DNA of 64,000 bases from Klebsormidium nitens. Lineage: Eukaryota; Plantae; Klebsormidiophyceae. Below, piece after piece: positions 50,564 through 63,835 of this stretch (positions are counted from its first letter, which is position 1; each line of letters starts with the position of its first letter). A program made the translations under genes and the position numbers. The notes under the pieces were generated by a model that worked only from the letters and a program-made list of their open reading frames with translations, searched no databases and had not been told where the DNA came from. Where the stretch lies: the NCBI GenBank assembly GCA_000708835.1, contig DF236950.1, forward strand, positions 349,355 to 413,354, read 5' to 3'.

Positions 50564-52915
50564 GTGGAGGGCAATTCGTCAGAGGGAGGCAGCTCTGCTT
50601 CCGGGCCACAATCGCAAGCGGCGTTGGCTGTGGCTTTCTTAGCAATAGAGCCCGCTGACCCACTGCTCGTGAAGCCCTGCAAGTTCACCGTCACGCTTCC
50701 CAAGGTACTCAAGGGGGGCGATGCTCCGGAAGATGATGCAACAGCCGCCGGCTATGTCACCTACTTCTATACAGTCAAAATAGAAGAAGGCCCGACCGAT
50801 GGTTCCTGGATCGTTGTTCAGTTGATGACTCCTCCAACCCTAAGATACCGGCTAGGTCCGGAAGTCGAGGAGGCAAGTACAATTCTTGCAGACATCAGCC
50901 GTCCACCGCCTGCATTTGCTGAAACGGAGATTGAAGTACGCCACTTGCAGGACTCGAACATACAACGTTCGAACCAAATGGTGGTACGGCTCCCTGCGTC
51001 AACGAGCCAAGCAAGCTTCCCCCTACAACATTTGGGCAAGTCCAGCGGCGATAGCAGGTGGAACTTCCATCGGATGGCCGAGAGGGCTCGAAATCCTTAT
51101 CCTTTGGAGATTGACTTTGAGGTTCGGTGGTCTTTCAGCAACCTGGAGCACTCTGCGCGGAAATACTTTTTGAATTCGGACGACGAGGAGCTGGAGCTCA
51201 AAGCGTCGCTGCTGAAGGACGCCGCAATCAGCGGGGACCTTAATCTCATCTGCAAGGTAAGCGACGAACTTGACAACAGCTGATGAATCGCTTAAAACAT
51301 ACATCATTTCAACAGCCACGTTTCGCCGCATCAGGCTTTTGCTGTAGTTGGTCCTTTGGATATGGTGGATTGATACAGAATCTTCTCTCGGCCCACGCTG
51401 TCAAGCTTCGCGAAGTCTGTGGGGTTGGAGTTTTTTTGCAACATCAGAAAAGTCAACGTTGGGGTTCTCAGCAACATGCATCATCGAAGAGAACTACTTT
51501 CTGACTCGTTGGAAGGAGAGAAGTAAGCCGCGGACTGCAATTGTAGCTTGATACCGAAGCGTGTCGACTTGGATTCTTGTTTGCTTGCAGGACGGTTCAA
51601 AGATAGCCGCACACTCTGCTGTGCTGGCGAGCATCCCCTACTTTCAATCAAAGCTGAAAGAAACTGGTCTGGGAACCTGAACAACAAGCTGGACCTGCAA
51701 TTGCCCTGCCCTGCGAAAGCGGCAGTCGTCAGAACGTTCCTCAAGTACGCTTACGGGGATATCTCGTCTCTTGATCACGTCGAGCCGTCGAATGCACCTT
51801 TTTGCCAGGTAAGCTCGTCCTACTTTTCTGATTGCGAAGCAGATTTCAGCGCATTCCATGTTGCTTTTCAGGCGCCCTGCAGCTTGCCAAGACAGATTGA
51901 TAGGCAGAGACACTGTGATAGTACACTGATTTCTCACTTGGACAGCTGTCTTTGTGGTGTTACTTCTGCTGACTTACTCTCGATAATTCTTGTCGCACCA
52001 ACTTGGACATTTGACACGATTTGACATTGCATGACAACAAGAAACACTCAACTGTGCCTCTCTTTCGCAAGCTGTCTTGCATTCAGATTCGGTGGCCTCG
52101 CTTGATGCTCGCTAACATCTCCTCCTCCTTTATCGACTCTGCTGTGTGAACCCTGAAGTCCCTCTTGCTGCTGTTTATTTTTCTGCTCCTCTCATCTGAG
52201 CTACTCATCTATCTCCGTCAGGGTTAAACCAAGCGCAAAAGGGCACCTTTCTTCCTTTCATCGTTGCTCTTCTCTGCGGTATAACAAGAAAAATGTAAAC
52301 TTTCCCCATAGCTGATCAAACTATCGCGGTAATCTGAGGTTTATATATCTCTGAGCTTGGGAACCCGGCGTTTCGGTTTTGTTCCAAACGATTGTGTGCA
52401 CTGACCCGAAGGGCGATTACATGTTTAGCTCTTAGGTGCAAACCAGCCGGTGGACATTACCGGATAGGTTCTGATCTTTGATGGTCCTAATGGGTCCTTA
52501 CGCGCTAAGAGCATACTAAACTACAAGAAAAGATGCGCAAAATTTTTGAAGCCAATAGCACCGTCCTTCCTTCCATCGCAGCTTCTTACGATTGCAGCTT
52601 CTTACGATTGCGGCCTTTGTGCAGGAGCTCTTCTCCTTGGCAGAGTCCACAGGGTTGCTCAAACTCTGCGCGAGCATCAACGATCACGTGCTGGTGACGG
52701 AAGATAATGTTTCTTCTTGGCTCAAATGGTTGGCCGAGGAGCACGACTCAAACACTCACAGAATCTTGGCGAACGTGAAAGAAGTCGTGAAGAGAGCCTT
52801 CAAAAGAATGAGGTTCTGGGCGGACGCAACCGTCGACCAGCTTGCATCTCTGGACAAGGTCGTCAAACAAAAGAAGAGGAAGGATTCAAGGAAGCGTCGT
52901 CGCATGAGGTCTTAG
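50564..52915 (+). pseudogene. BTB/POZ-domain gene with a 1-nt frameshift in exon 2 (pseudogene or assembly error); 5' end unresolved
   Basis: Exon to 51256 (donor gtaagc), exon 51591-51808 (218 nt), exon 52625-52915. The BTB N-half DLNLICK|DGSKIAAHSAVLASIPYFQSKL runs into TGA in its own frame. The C-half RNWSG...VVRTFLKYAYG...Q|ELFSLAESTGLLKLC...VTEDNVSSWL lies in the -1 frame. Confidence 0.75.
52578..52611. repeat. 16-bp tandem duplication (GCAGCTTCTTACGATT x2) just upstream of the last BTB acceptor
   Basis: Exact copies at 52578-52593 and 52594-52609. Confidence 0.9.
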
Positions 52916-54061
52916 AGTGCGGTCGAAGGCTGGTGATAGACCATCGAGATCACAATACTAGTTGGTTCTTGCGCTGCAGAACCGCTTAATCGGGCTCGTG
53001 AAGTGCATAAGTCTGTTAGGTGCCAAAGGCACATAAGCATTTCGAGATTCCATTGGTACAGATAAGGCCCGGTGGCCGGCAATGCCAAACACATACTATT
53101 TAAACCAAGCATGATCCATACTACTCAGAAGTAAGAATGATCAGAAGCCTGTCTTCAAAGGTTTACATTGACCCGACGCATAGGGCAGGCTGTCCTTCCA
53201 GTATCACGTTTTGCTTATGTTATGTCGTTCTTAATGATCGCGAGCAAGGAGGCTGCCTTCAACGTGCGCTGCTGATTCAAGTCAGACACCGACTCACCTG
53301 ACTCAATGACTGAGCAGAGTGGCATTCACAGCCCTCTGTCATCTGCTCACTTTATACTGAATTCACAAGTTTACATGCAAATCCACCCGTTGGGAACTAC
53401 ACTCAATCGTCACATTCATATTATAGCCAAAGCCGCATGCGGTTCGGCAAGCCTTCATTAGCGATTTGCAATGGTGGATCGCGTGGTCGATCGATGTTCA
53501 TTCATTATCCGGAAGATGCGCAGCTCCTGGACATCTGCGCGCGCGGCGGAGCACATCTGCATCTCGCATTATGCTTAAACTCTACATGCGCGGGCATGTG
53601 ATTACGCGTGCACTATACACGCAGGCAAATTTGTATCCGGCCAATCTGTATGCATGCTTCGAACCATCTGCACATTATGGTGGCGGCATATGCAGCGCAC
53701 AAAACAAACGGTGGATTCTCGCTTCTCAGATTCGTCGATCATTGCGACTCCTGCGTCGGAGGGTTGTTTAAGCTGCACCGTGCAAGTAACGAATTGACGC
53801 ATATTGCAAATCAATGCATTCATGGTCAGATCATAGATGAAAGGTATAGTGACGGTTGCATTCAAGACTCTGATCCGGAGCAGTTCACTCAAACAACTGA
53901 ATGCAATCAGTACCATCAGGAAGCATGCAGGCTCGTTGTGGACCGAGACTTGGCATAGTGCTGGCTCATGCATAAGTAGATGATGTTGGCGCACAACTCA
54001 AGGGTTCTTCACGAGATCTATCACTAAAGAACCCGCAGCTAGGTGCGAGGTCAATCTGGTG

Positions 54062-57000
54062 TCAGGCTAAAGTGGCCCTCTTCCCCTTGCCCTTGCTGTC
54101 ACCGCTCTGCAAACAAACGTCAAAATCAGGTCAAGGAACATCTTTGGCCACCCACATCGTGCCCGTGATCAATCGCAGCTTAGGTTGCAAGGGCGAACAC
54201 AAGCAAGGAGCAAGCAAATATTCGATTTTCACCTCAGCGCAGGAAACGACACCTGCAGACAAAACCTGCTCTTGCAACATCCGGCGTTTCAAGTCACGAC
54301 AGAGAACTTGCATATGCACTCGGCAAAAGCTCCACCTTCTGATTCTGTCGGCGGCTTACCGTCGTGCTCCCTTTGGCGCTCCTGGCGCCCACGAACGAGT
54401 CGTAGATGTCGTTCAGCCTCATGCGCTCCGCTGCCGGCACCGACGGGCGCGCAGACAAAGCCGCTGCCTTGAGCTGCTCCATGCTGATCTCGGGCGAGCC
54501 CTGGGTGGGAGGCCCTGTTTTCGGAGGGGTTGCGTCCAGGAAGCGGTGCACGGCGGACAGCTGCGCGTCGCTCAGGACGGCCTGCAGGTCCGCTCCGCTG
54601 AACCCGTCCGTGAGGCGCGCGATCTCGGCCAGGTCCACGTCAGCGGCCAGAGGCAGCTGCGGACACAGAGGGACTCACGATCAGCGAGAATTGAGCTGAC
54701 TAGACAACGTTCAAAGATACTGGTCTCACCGCTCTTCGAGTAACGTAAAGTTTCTCCCATCGTTCAGTCTCCACAACAAAAGAACAAGCAGACTGGTTCC
54801 TGAATTCGATGCAATATGAAATCCCTTCGCATGCATTAGCATCGAAACCAACCTGGTACGACAGCGCTCTACTGAATATGCTCCAAGGCCGGCGAATGCG
54901 CCGCAATCCACCCCCACCCGCGCCTCGTGCGCCCCTCACCTGCTTGGCGAGCACCCCGAGGACGTCCCGCCGCTCAAACTCGTTCGGGAAGTCGCAGAGC
55001 AGCAGCTTGTCGAGTCGCCCCGGGCGCAGCAGCGCGGCGTCGATCATGTCGGGCCGACTGGTCGCCGCAAGCACAAACACCCCGGTCAGTCCCTCCACGC
55101 CGTCCAGCTCAGTCAGCAGTTGGTTGACCACCCGGTCGGTCACCCCGGTGTTGTCGTGGCCGCGCTTGGGCGCGATCGCATCGAACTCGTCGAAGAAGAG
55201 GATGCACGGCGCGGCGGAGGAGGCGCGCTTGAACACGTCGCGGACCTGGAAGGTGGGCCGGTTAAGATGGTCGAACGAGGAAAGACGCGTTTTGAATGCT
55301 GGGTCAAAGAAGCTTCGTTTGTGGTAGAGGACCGACAAATTAGATGTAGGATACAGTAGAAAAGCAAGGGGGCCTGTACGCAGTAAAACTTAACATTCCT
55401 GAAAGATCTCGAATTCACAGGGCACAGCCACGCATTCCTCAAAGCGAGCAGGCAACTTATCCGTCCACATGGAAACCGGTCTCAAGCCCAGGCATATTGG
55501 GTTAAATCTGATCGGTTAACAAGGAAAACCCTGTAATTGGTGAAGCTTCTCATCTGTGCCACAACCTTTTGGACTACGCGTTTGTATTAAAGAGAATCTT
55601 CGTCAGCAATCATAAAATGGTCATACAAACAGCATCTCCGAAAAGCGGCGTGGTCGTCCCCACTCACCGACTGCTCGCTGGCCCCGATGTACTTGTTCAG
55701 CAGCTCGGGGCCCTTCACCCCGACAAACCGCAGCCCGCACGCGGCCGCCGCCGCGCCCACGATGTGCGTCTTTCCACACCCCGGGGGGCCGTACAGCAGC
55801 ACCCCCGACCGCAGCCGCAGCGGCGCTGACGCAAAAAGGGCCGGAAACTTGGCCGGTAGCTCCAGCGTTTCTTGTAGCGCTTGCCGGACTTCCGATAAAC
55901 CCCCGACGGAATCCCACCCCTGCTTGGGCGCACCGTCCGCGCCCCCAACTGCAACGCCGCGCATGGCCGCCGGCACAAACCCGTCCCGCGCTTCCGTAAG
56001 GTCCTCTTCCGACAGCTCGAAACCGCTCGGCACTCCCCCGGGAAGGTCCGCTTGCTTCGGAGTATGGACTTCGTGTCTGCCTGCCTCAGATGCTTCTTCC
56101 ATTTTCTCCAATTTGCCGTTTCCAGGAGACGCATCGTCATTCCGAAAAGCGCCTGTTGCCGCATCTTCTCGGCCCGGAGTGTCCCACCTCACGGCAGCCG
56201 TCGAAGGCCCTGCGGAACCATCCCCCGCAACTTCCGCCTGGCCCCCCGTGCCCACACCCCGCCCTACGGGGCCTCCCAGGTATCGTGCGGCCGCAGCATG
56301 GGTGGCTCGATCAACGAAAACCTCAACATCTGTCGCATCGTAGCCGTCCAAATGCTGAGCGGCCTCTCGAGCGACACCTGGCGCAAGCTGCAAGCCCTTC
56401 GCCGCAACCGCTGACGTCAGCATGGCTGCACGATCCCCGGGCGCAGGGGTGGGAATCTCGACGTGGAAGTCGAAGCGGCCCGACGCGAGCAGCGGCTTTG
56501 CGAGAGCCTGAGCGGACTTGGCGATGGCGAGGAAGGCAACCGCAATCGGCTGCCGGTCGCCGTCACCTGGAAAGACATGGTTATTGCTAAGTATAACGGT
56601 CGCGACGAATTGAACAAACGCTGTCTGTCCTAAGTTTTTTGAGGATGCCAGAAGACGGACGGCCAAAGAAAAGAAAACGCCCACAAAGCAGCTTACCTAA
56701 CATACAAGTGGCTCATTAGACCGCCTCTACCAGCTGCGAAGGACAAGCGCTGCTCGTCAGAAGCTGCCAAATGGAAAGCAAGACCCATAATTTTCCGGCA
56801 GTCCTGCTTTTGAGTCGTCGCAAAGCTTGAAACTTTTGTTCATCCTCACCTTGGCAGTTGTCCAAGATGTCCGCCAAACCTTCGGCAAGCGCCCGCGCCC
56901 CTTCTGCCGCGTCCCCCATCTCCGGCCCCTCGTGCGAGCCCGCTACGGAGTTCAGATCGTCCAGAATGACCAGCGCCGGTGCGCACTGGACCGCGTCCGA

Positions 57001-60000
57001 AATGCGCCTTTCAATCTCTGCTCGGACCTCGTGAGGTTTGTGGGCGCCGTTCCCGCCCGCCAGCTGGCCGCAGCGAATCACCACAGGCTTGGCCAAAATG
57101 GAGGGATCCCCCGCCAGGGCGTGAGCGATGGCAAGTGCCAGGCGGCTTCGCCCACTGCAGATAGGGCGCGTAGTAGATGTAAAGGCGACTCGGAGGAAGC
57201 AGACCAATCGTGAACAAAGACAATCTCCAGAAAGCATGTCGATATCCATTTGTACGTCGTAAAAACCGCTCGACCTTGTGCAAATCAAGGTTAACTGCGC
57301 AGAGATCAGTTGTACACAACAGAAGCGAGTCCTTGAAACGAACTTATTCACGGAACCAGAAACGACGAAGCGCGAGCGACGGCTGCTCAAGGGTGACGTC
57401 TTCTTGAAAGATGAAAGCACTCGTAATCCATTCATGTGACTTTCAAAGGCGTCTTAACCCCTCACCTGGCCTGCGACCCATGTAGGAGAACGGCCCCCGG
57501 AAACGGCGTACCCAGCCGCTTTAGCTCCTGCCGCAATTCAGACGACAAGCACGGCTTCAAGCGGCTCAAAATGGTGTCGGCCGTGCCGCGCAGCCACTCC
57601 ATGCTCTCTAAAGAGGCTCCCTCTAAGCCCGCTTCGCTCGACGCGTCGCTTTGCCTTTCCCACCAGAGAGGGGCTCCCAGCTCGACCGCCAATGTTTTCC
57701 GCCCTAGATGAGCGCCGTTGTGGTCAGAGGCCTGCATAGCGGGTGCACTCCCAATGTGCAACTCGTTGTCTACGAGGAGAAACGACGGCGCATGCTCGGA
57801 ACTGTGGTCTTCTGGCAAGCTTGGGCTTGTAGGGGCTGGAAGTTTTGGCATCATGGGGGGCAAAACAGGGCCGGAATAGATCCCCCCGCCGCTTCGCTGA
57901 TAAGGGCTCGTCGGCGACCCGTGGGCTCTGTTTCCTGCGCCGTGGTTCGCTCCCTGCCCTCCGTGCGGGGGCGAACTCACCAACTCGGCCAAAAACAGGG
58001 CCTCGCTCGGCTTTCTGTCCCCACCCCGCCTGCTGTGGACATCGAACTGGAGAACAGTCCCGCTCTGTATCGGCGCCCCTGGAACACAAACAGGTGGCGT
58101 CCCGCTTTTGCGCTCTACTGATTTGCTCGGAGTTCCCAACTGAGTCCCATCGACCTGTGCCGCGATCCAACTCGCGACAATCTTCTGAACTGCCACGTCG
58201 AGAAACGCCGCCCCCCCCGTGGGGCTAGCATGCGTCCCGTTCAGGCGGCCGGTCTGGCTGACCCCATGCTCTGAGGCCGGGTCGGCTGACTCAGCACCCG
58301 ATTTGTCCAACGCAGCGGCCAGGTCGAAGAGGGAGCGGTGGGCGCGTCCGATGGCGGGAGGGGGTGCGACGTCCTGGCCTTGTGGGTCGGCTACAAAACA
58401 GAACCGAAGCAAAACTGGTCACCCACCGAAGAAGATGTGGAGAGATATATCTCGATTTTCCATTTCGCCGTCTGTGATGTCTTGAGAAATGCCATGACTA
58501 GAACTAGGTGCTTCGACTGATGCAAGGGTGCAGTATGAGACTCTTTGAAAAGAGACTCCAGCATCGCAGCACCAACCATTTACTCAAGCTCAATACAACG
58601 CCAGTGGGCACACAAGACGTTGAACACCACCTTCTCGAGGCGAACTTGCCAAGAGACACAGAGAGACGGAAGTAACTCCAAGCTTTTGAGACGCACCCTC
58701 TTTCTCTTGGTTCGCTCCCTCCTGCTCCCAGGGCCGCTTGTTTCGGCTGGTCTTGTGGCGTGCCCGGACGAGGGGGTGCAGCCTGAGCCGAACGGAAGGA
58801 GGCTTATCCGGAGAGGCACAGGGGACCAGCTTGGCACCTGCAAAGGGAATGTCACAGCTTCGATACAGGGTACGGGAAAGGCTCAGAAAGACCAACGGTT
58901 CGCGAACAGGATATGGCAGCGGGACTGAAAGCGCAGAAGCGGATTTGAAAGCAAGCTTCCCACTTCATTCCCCGTCTTCCCCTCAAAGCAAGTCAAATGC
59001 CACATCACAGCCAGTATACACTGACTGTTGTAGAATCAACGGCTCAAGTACAACTCAAATCAATATTTGCTCTGGCCTGAAAACGAAACTCACGAGCAAA
59101 GGGCTCCAACCCGAGCTGCGCCAGCAGCGGCGCAGCAATCATCACATGGCCCCTCGCCACCCGCTCATCCAATCGCACGCGCACGACCACCTCCGATGCC
59201 GGAGCAGCGGGTGCCCGACCCCCCACATCGTGGCCCCCTCCCCTGTGACCCCCATTCCCAAAGAACGCCTCATGAAGGGTCTTTGCTGGCCCGCTCTCTG
59301 TCCCCTCGTTTGACACTCCGTGATTGAGCCCCTCTACATTGTCGGATGTAGCGTGTTTGTTCCTCAAACACAGTTTTACAAGGAGCCCTTCCTCGAATCC
59401 GGTGAGCTTTGCGGTGGTGGGGGAGATGAACACGGTGGCCGTCGGTTGAAGCGAACACAGCAACTTTCCAAACTTCAACTCTTTCACCAGCTGAGGGTCT
59501 AGCACCTGCACCCGGAGCCAGGCCGGCTTGATGGAATTGGAAGGCTGAGGGATATGGGCCCCCTCCGGGGGGGGTGCTTTCAGGTTTGACTTGCGCTGTT
59601 TTGGGGCAACTGCTAGCTCTGTCCCCTGGACCAAGCGCACCAGGGGGGCGGGCGATGTGGATGTGACGCGCAGACGGAGCTGGATGGTGTTGCGAATCCA
59701 GATGGGGAACTCCTGGCCAGACGCGAGGACGCCGACCTGAAAATAGAATTGAAGGAGGTACAGTCAGCCAGGCCAAAGTTTACCAGCGGCTTTGTGAGAA
59801 CGTGCCTTGAAGGAACAAGAGACGGCTTGCACCACCAGCGCTGACTGCCCGCTTTTAAGGACTTCGGACATTTGATTTGCAAGAATCAAATCGCAGGCAC
59901 AGGTTCTTTTGAAAAAGATAGTTCGCACTGTGCTCCCTTTCCATAACGCATTTTCTCAATGATCAGGCAAGGCCTGGACACTATCGCTATCTCAATTTCT

Positions 60001-60751
60001 CAGCCCTAGTTCAGGGACCATCAATTGTTTTTACGACAGCACACCTGGCTGAGCAGCTGCTCCTCGATGTAGTCCTTGTTGAGCTCCAGTATCTCCCAGT
60101 CGTCTTCGTCCGCTGGCTCTACCATAATCATTTCACCGTCCGCAACATCTCTTCGAGCTCGGACTCCAACTTTGAGGCCCGCAGTGAGCCCCAAGCAGCG
60201 GGCCAGGCTGCTGGGAACCTGCAGACCAGCATGGAACAGAGACATGGTTAGAAAGCCTTCTGGTGAGATACTAGAAGAAGGCAGAGACCAACTAATTGAG
60301 AGCATGGGGAGTGGTTGTTACGACGATGCCGACTGAACCGGTAAACAGCAGAAACATGCACCACTCAGACTTTTTGCATTCCGTGTGCCGTAGAAAAAAC
60401 ATGCTTGGAACCAGCATTCTTGAATGAAAATAGCGACCACACCACACAGGTGAATTGCCGCTGGCTGGGCAAGCCAGTTGCAAAGCACAAGAGAAGGTTG
60501 AGAGTGCTCACCTCCAGTTCATTGCCGCTGGACGCTGCTCCAGCCCAAGCAACGTGCCACTTTTTCCCCCCTCCCCGCTCACCATAGTTGACCCCACTGA
60601 AAGGGTGTACGTGGCCCTGTGCCTCCAAACTAGTTACTTCAAGGATTAGGGGCAGCGGGGGCGGCCTCTTTCCAAACAGGCCCTGCAGAACCACTGGAGG
60701 AAGAGAAACAAAGGACGTAGGACTATGTACAAGCCTGATACTAAACTCCAT
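54062..60751 (-). CDS. PEX1: Peroxisome biogenesis AAA+ ATPase PEX1; ~1,346 aa, 10 exons
   Basis: Exons 60512-60751, 60045-60218, 59094-59736, 58631-58837, 57466-58390, 56850-57154, 55668-56566, 54940-55245, 54360-54656, 54062-54106. N-domain FVSLPP...WHVAWAGA and [15 protein letters not shown]; D2 [70 protein letters not shown]; C-terminus KGKRATLA. Confidence 0.96.
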
Positions 60752-61036
60752 TGCAGTCAATGCGTTCAAAGTGCTCTACCTACATGCAAGAGCAGACCGG
60801 TCCTCAGCTTCAAACAAACTTAGCTGCCCGCACTTGCGCAAACTCATTGGATTGGTCTTGTTGCTCATTGTTATTGTGCAGCACAATGAGGATGACTACT
60901 CCCCCAACAGTGACACGAAGGACGCTTCTTCACAGATTCTCAGATGTCTCTGCAAAATGAAAGGCAGGAAGCTGACTCAGAATATTGGCTGCTGAGCAAG
61001 CTGCCAACTAGAGCAGCATGATATTCCGGCCACCGA

Positions 61037-61055
61037 TTAGGGTTTGCTAGGGTTA
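61037..61055. promoter_or_regulatory. Telo-box elements (AAACCCTAA on the minus strand) in the PEX1/mL53 divergent promoter
   Basis: TTAGGGTTT at 61037-61045 and TAGGGTTA at 61048-61055. Telo-boxes are established promoter elements of plant ribosomal-protein genes. Confidence 0.55.
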
Positions 61056-61337
61056 AGTTTTTGGTTTGTTAAGTACCATTACCTAAGTGGCCCGGCCCGG
61101 GCCGGCAGCCATTACCATTGACATTCAAGCAGACGTAGGCCGCGGCAGCCAGATACAGCCAGCTGGCTCCATGGATATGAAGAAGGCTAGAGATCTAGCT
61201 AGGACACCGCATTCCGAATGGAAGGAAGAGCGACAGAAAGCGCTGCAGGTGTTGAGATTGATGCATTGACACTGCTTTAGAAGGGCATTGGCACCTTTTT
61301 CAAACCCTGGTTGATCAGCGGGCAATAGGCTGGAGCC

Positions 61338-62248
61338 ATGTCGAAACAAGGCATCTTGGCCAATCTCAAGAAGGTTGTGTTCGAATTTCGGTGGAATGAT
61401 CCACGAGCTACTTCCTCCCTGTAAGCTCTGCTTTCTTCCTCTGTGCTAGCTCATATGAACAGTCGCTCGTATGCACTTGCTGAATAGGTGGCAAGAACTT
61501 TAGAGGGCTCTGGAAAAAATGATGACCAGGTTCTCATGATTTCAAGGATGAGCGCCAGGGATTATGTAACCAAGCAAAACAATAAGATGCGTTGATTCGG
61601 CTCTGATCATCGTGGCGTTGCACCCCTCGAGTTCGATTACTTTCATATGTTTCAACCGGAGAGAAAGAGGAGTCTCCCAGCTTCTGCTGATGTTGTGGTT
61701 GCCTTCGTTCTTGTTGGCAGTGAGATGTTGGCACAATTGAGCAACTCAAAAGCCAGGGCAGCCAATCCAGCATGTGTAATTGCTGTCACACGGCGGACAG
61801 ATGACGTACCACCGACCATCGCAATCACTTACAGTAAGTTCTGGAGACTCCTTACAATTTGTCTCATTGATTGTTACCATGTTATGTTGGTGTTCTGAAA
61901 GCGGGCGTGTGCTGGTAGGAATCAAAGCAAAGTTTCTTGGGGGCTTTCTACCTTTTGGACCTACATCCTGAAGTTGTTCAAACTTCTGTTGTCGACACCT
62001 TACGGCGATCTTTTGTTGCAGACAACGACAAGGAAGAGAAGCTGGACTGTACAAAGTTGTCTGCACACGAGATGTGCAAACGAATACGGGCAGACTCAAA
62101 GATGATGCAGTATGAGGCTGAATTTCGAGAAGCTGGATTCAGCTGGCCCCCTCCAGTGCCTAAAGAGCTGCTCAGCCCTCAACAAGAAAAAGCCGCGGAT
62201 GCAAGAGAAAGGGCCGGAACTTCCAAAAGCCAGAGTGTTCAAAGATGA
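61338..62248 (+). CDS. MRPL53: Mitochondrial ribosomal protein mL53; 140 aa, 3 exons
   Basis: Exons 61338-61420, 61721-61833, 62022-62248. LKKVVFEFRWNDPRATSSLEMLAQLSNSKARAANPACVIAVTRRTDDVPPTIAITY...EAEFREAGFSWP resembles plant mL53 recalled from memory. Confidence 0.85.
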
Positions 62249-63163
62249 GTTTGTTGAAGGCGCTGGTCGAGTCGGATATGTCCTCTGTATCATAGTAGGT
62301 ACTGGCTCGTTCCTTCCGATTGACTGTACAGCTATTCATTATCGGTAAGGGAAAAGTAGTGAAGCACTACACGCGGTTGTTCACTAAAGAATTGAAGCAC
62401 TAGCGTTTGTTTCATGTGCCGGCGAACCGCGATGTACCCAGTGACCCTTTATTTGAAACATAATGCTATGCAACTACTAGTAGAATGCAAGATGCATGCG
62501 TCTGAATTGCATGAATGCCGTGCTTGTCGCTCCATGCGACAAGGTAGAGTAGCGAGCTCCGACAATGCATTCAATGATGGGATACAAAGCGCAAATTGGA
62601 CACTTTGATACGAATCCGTCGCCGGGCCGGCTCAGTTGCATAGCTGATGCATCGTAATCAAACTTGGCATGAGGCGTGCACGAGATCAAATGACAGTCTA
62701 TGACCGGTTGAGAGGCAACCGTCTTATGTAGATACTGGCAGCAACGTGAAAGATATGACATGCTCGACAACCATGTCCCGACAGCCAAAATCTTGAATCA
62801 AAACGTGCATGGCGTTTGCCGCTCAATATCAAACATGCATGCTGACATGAAGGTCATCAGCACTTTTATGCAATGTAACCCCATGGAGGAGAATGGTTAA
62901 ACCAGCGCATATACACTCGCTAACAACTTGAATGATTTGCACTGATTAACGTCAGCGAAAAGATGAAATGGGCTCTCACGAGCATATTCGTAGGAAGTGG
63001 ACGATACTCCTGGCAAGCTCTCAAGGCTCAACCAGATTGCGCCTGAATGTAACATCCCCTTGAGCAATATCAAGGTCGCAGAAGCAAGGCTCGTTGACTT
63101 GAAAAGCGACACGAAATGACTCCATGATTGAGAATAGACTACGGGCTTACAATCCTAGCGCCC

Positions 63164-63835
63164 TCATGTCCGTTTCTTGGACCCCTTCTTTCTCACGTTC
63201 TCCTTGAAGTGCTTGTATCTTTCACCTCCCGGCTTCTTGCCGCGATCATCCTTGTTGTTCCCTCGCCTCCGTTTCTGCTTCGACCACAGGGTTCCTTCCA
63301 GGGCCGCTGCCACTTCCGGAACGTCGTCATCGTTCTTGTCCCTCTGCAGAATCAGCAAGCAACAACAGAAGAGTGCGTTTGGTTTCCCTGTTGGTTACAA
63401 TATATCTTGAGGAACAGCTACACGATCGCCGAGAAGCACGCTCGGAGTGGCCCGCCGAAACCCACAGGAATAACATCAGTCCAAGTTGCCTTCGAAGTTA
63501 GTGGTTAGCAATGGCGCAAGATACCCCCGATTGCAGAAAAATTGCAATTGTCTGGAGGCCTTATTATTGCCCGTAAAGAACGCGGGAGTCCCCGGCAAAG
63601 GACTGCTCGCAACATACCGTGAACGCAAAGCTCTTGAGCGGGTCGCTGTCCTTGTCCTTCTTCCGTTTCAGCCGCTTCCGCGCGAAGAACTGGCCGTCAT
63701 TCCCCATGGCCTGGCGCGCCGCATTGACGGCGGACGCTGCGGCTTTGGCTGTGGGGTCTTCCAGGTAAGCGGGGATGGTCCGCAGGTGCGGCGCGGCAGC
63801 CTGCTTCAGGAGGGGCTTGTCGTGCTTCAGCAGCT
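63164..63835 (-). CDS. DDX56: Last two coding exons of a DEAD-box RNA helicase of the DDX56/DBP9 (plant RH16) type; the gene continues beyond the window
   Basis: Exons 63618-63835 and 63164-63343. ELLKHDKPL...PHLRTIPAYLED...ARQAMG...DPLKSF followed by a Lys/Arg-rich tail; stop at 63164-63166. Confidence 0.8.

Noticed and set aside
61087-61269. 60-aa ORF upstream of mL53
   Set aside because: It falls in the promoter/5' UTR, has no homology signal and does not join the mL53 frame; at most a uORF.
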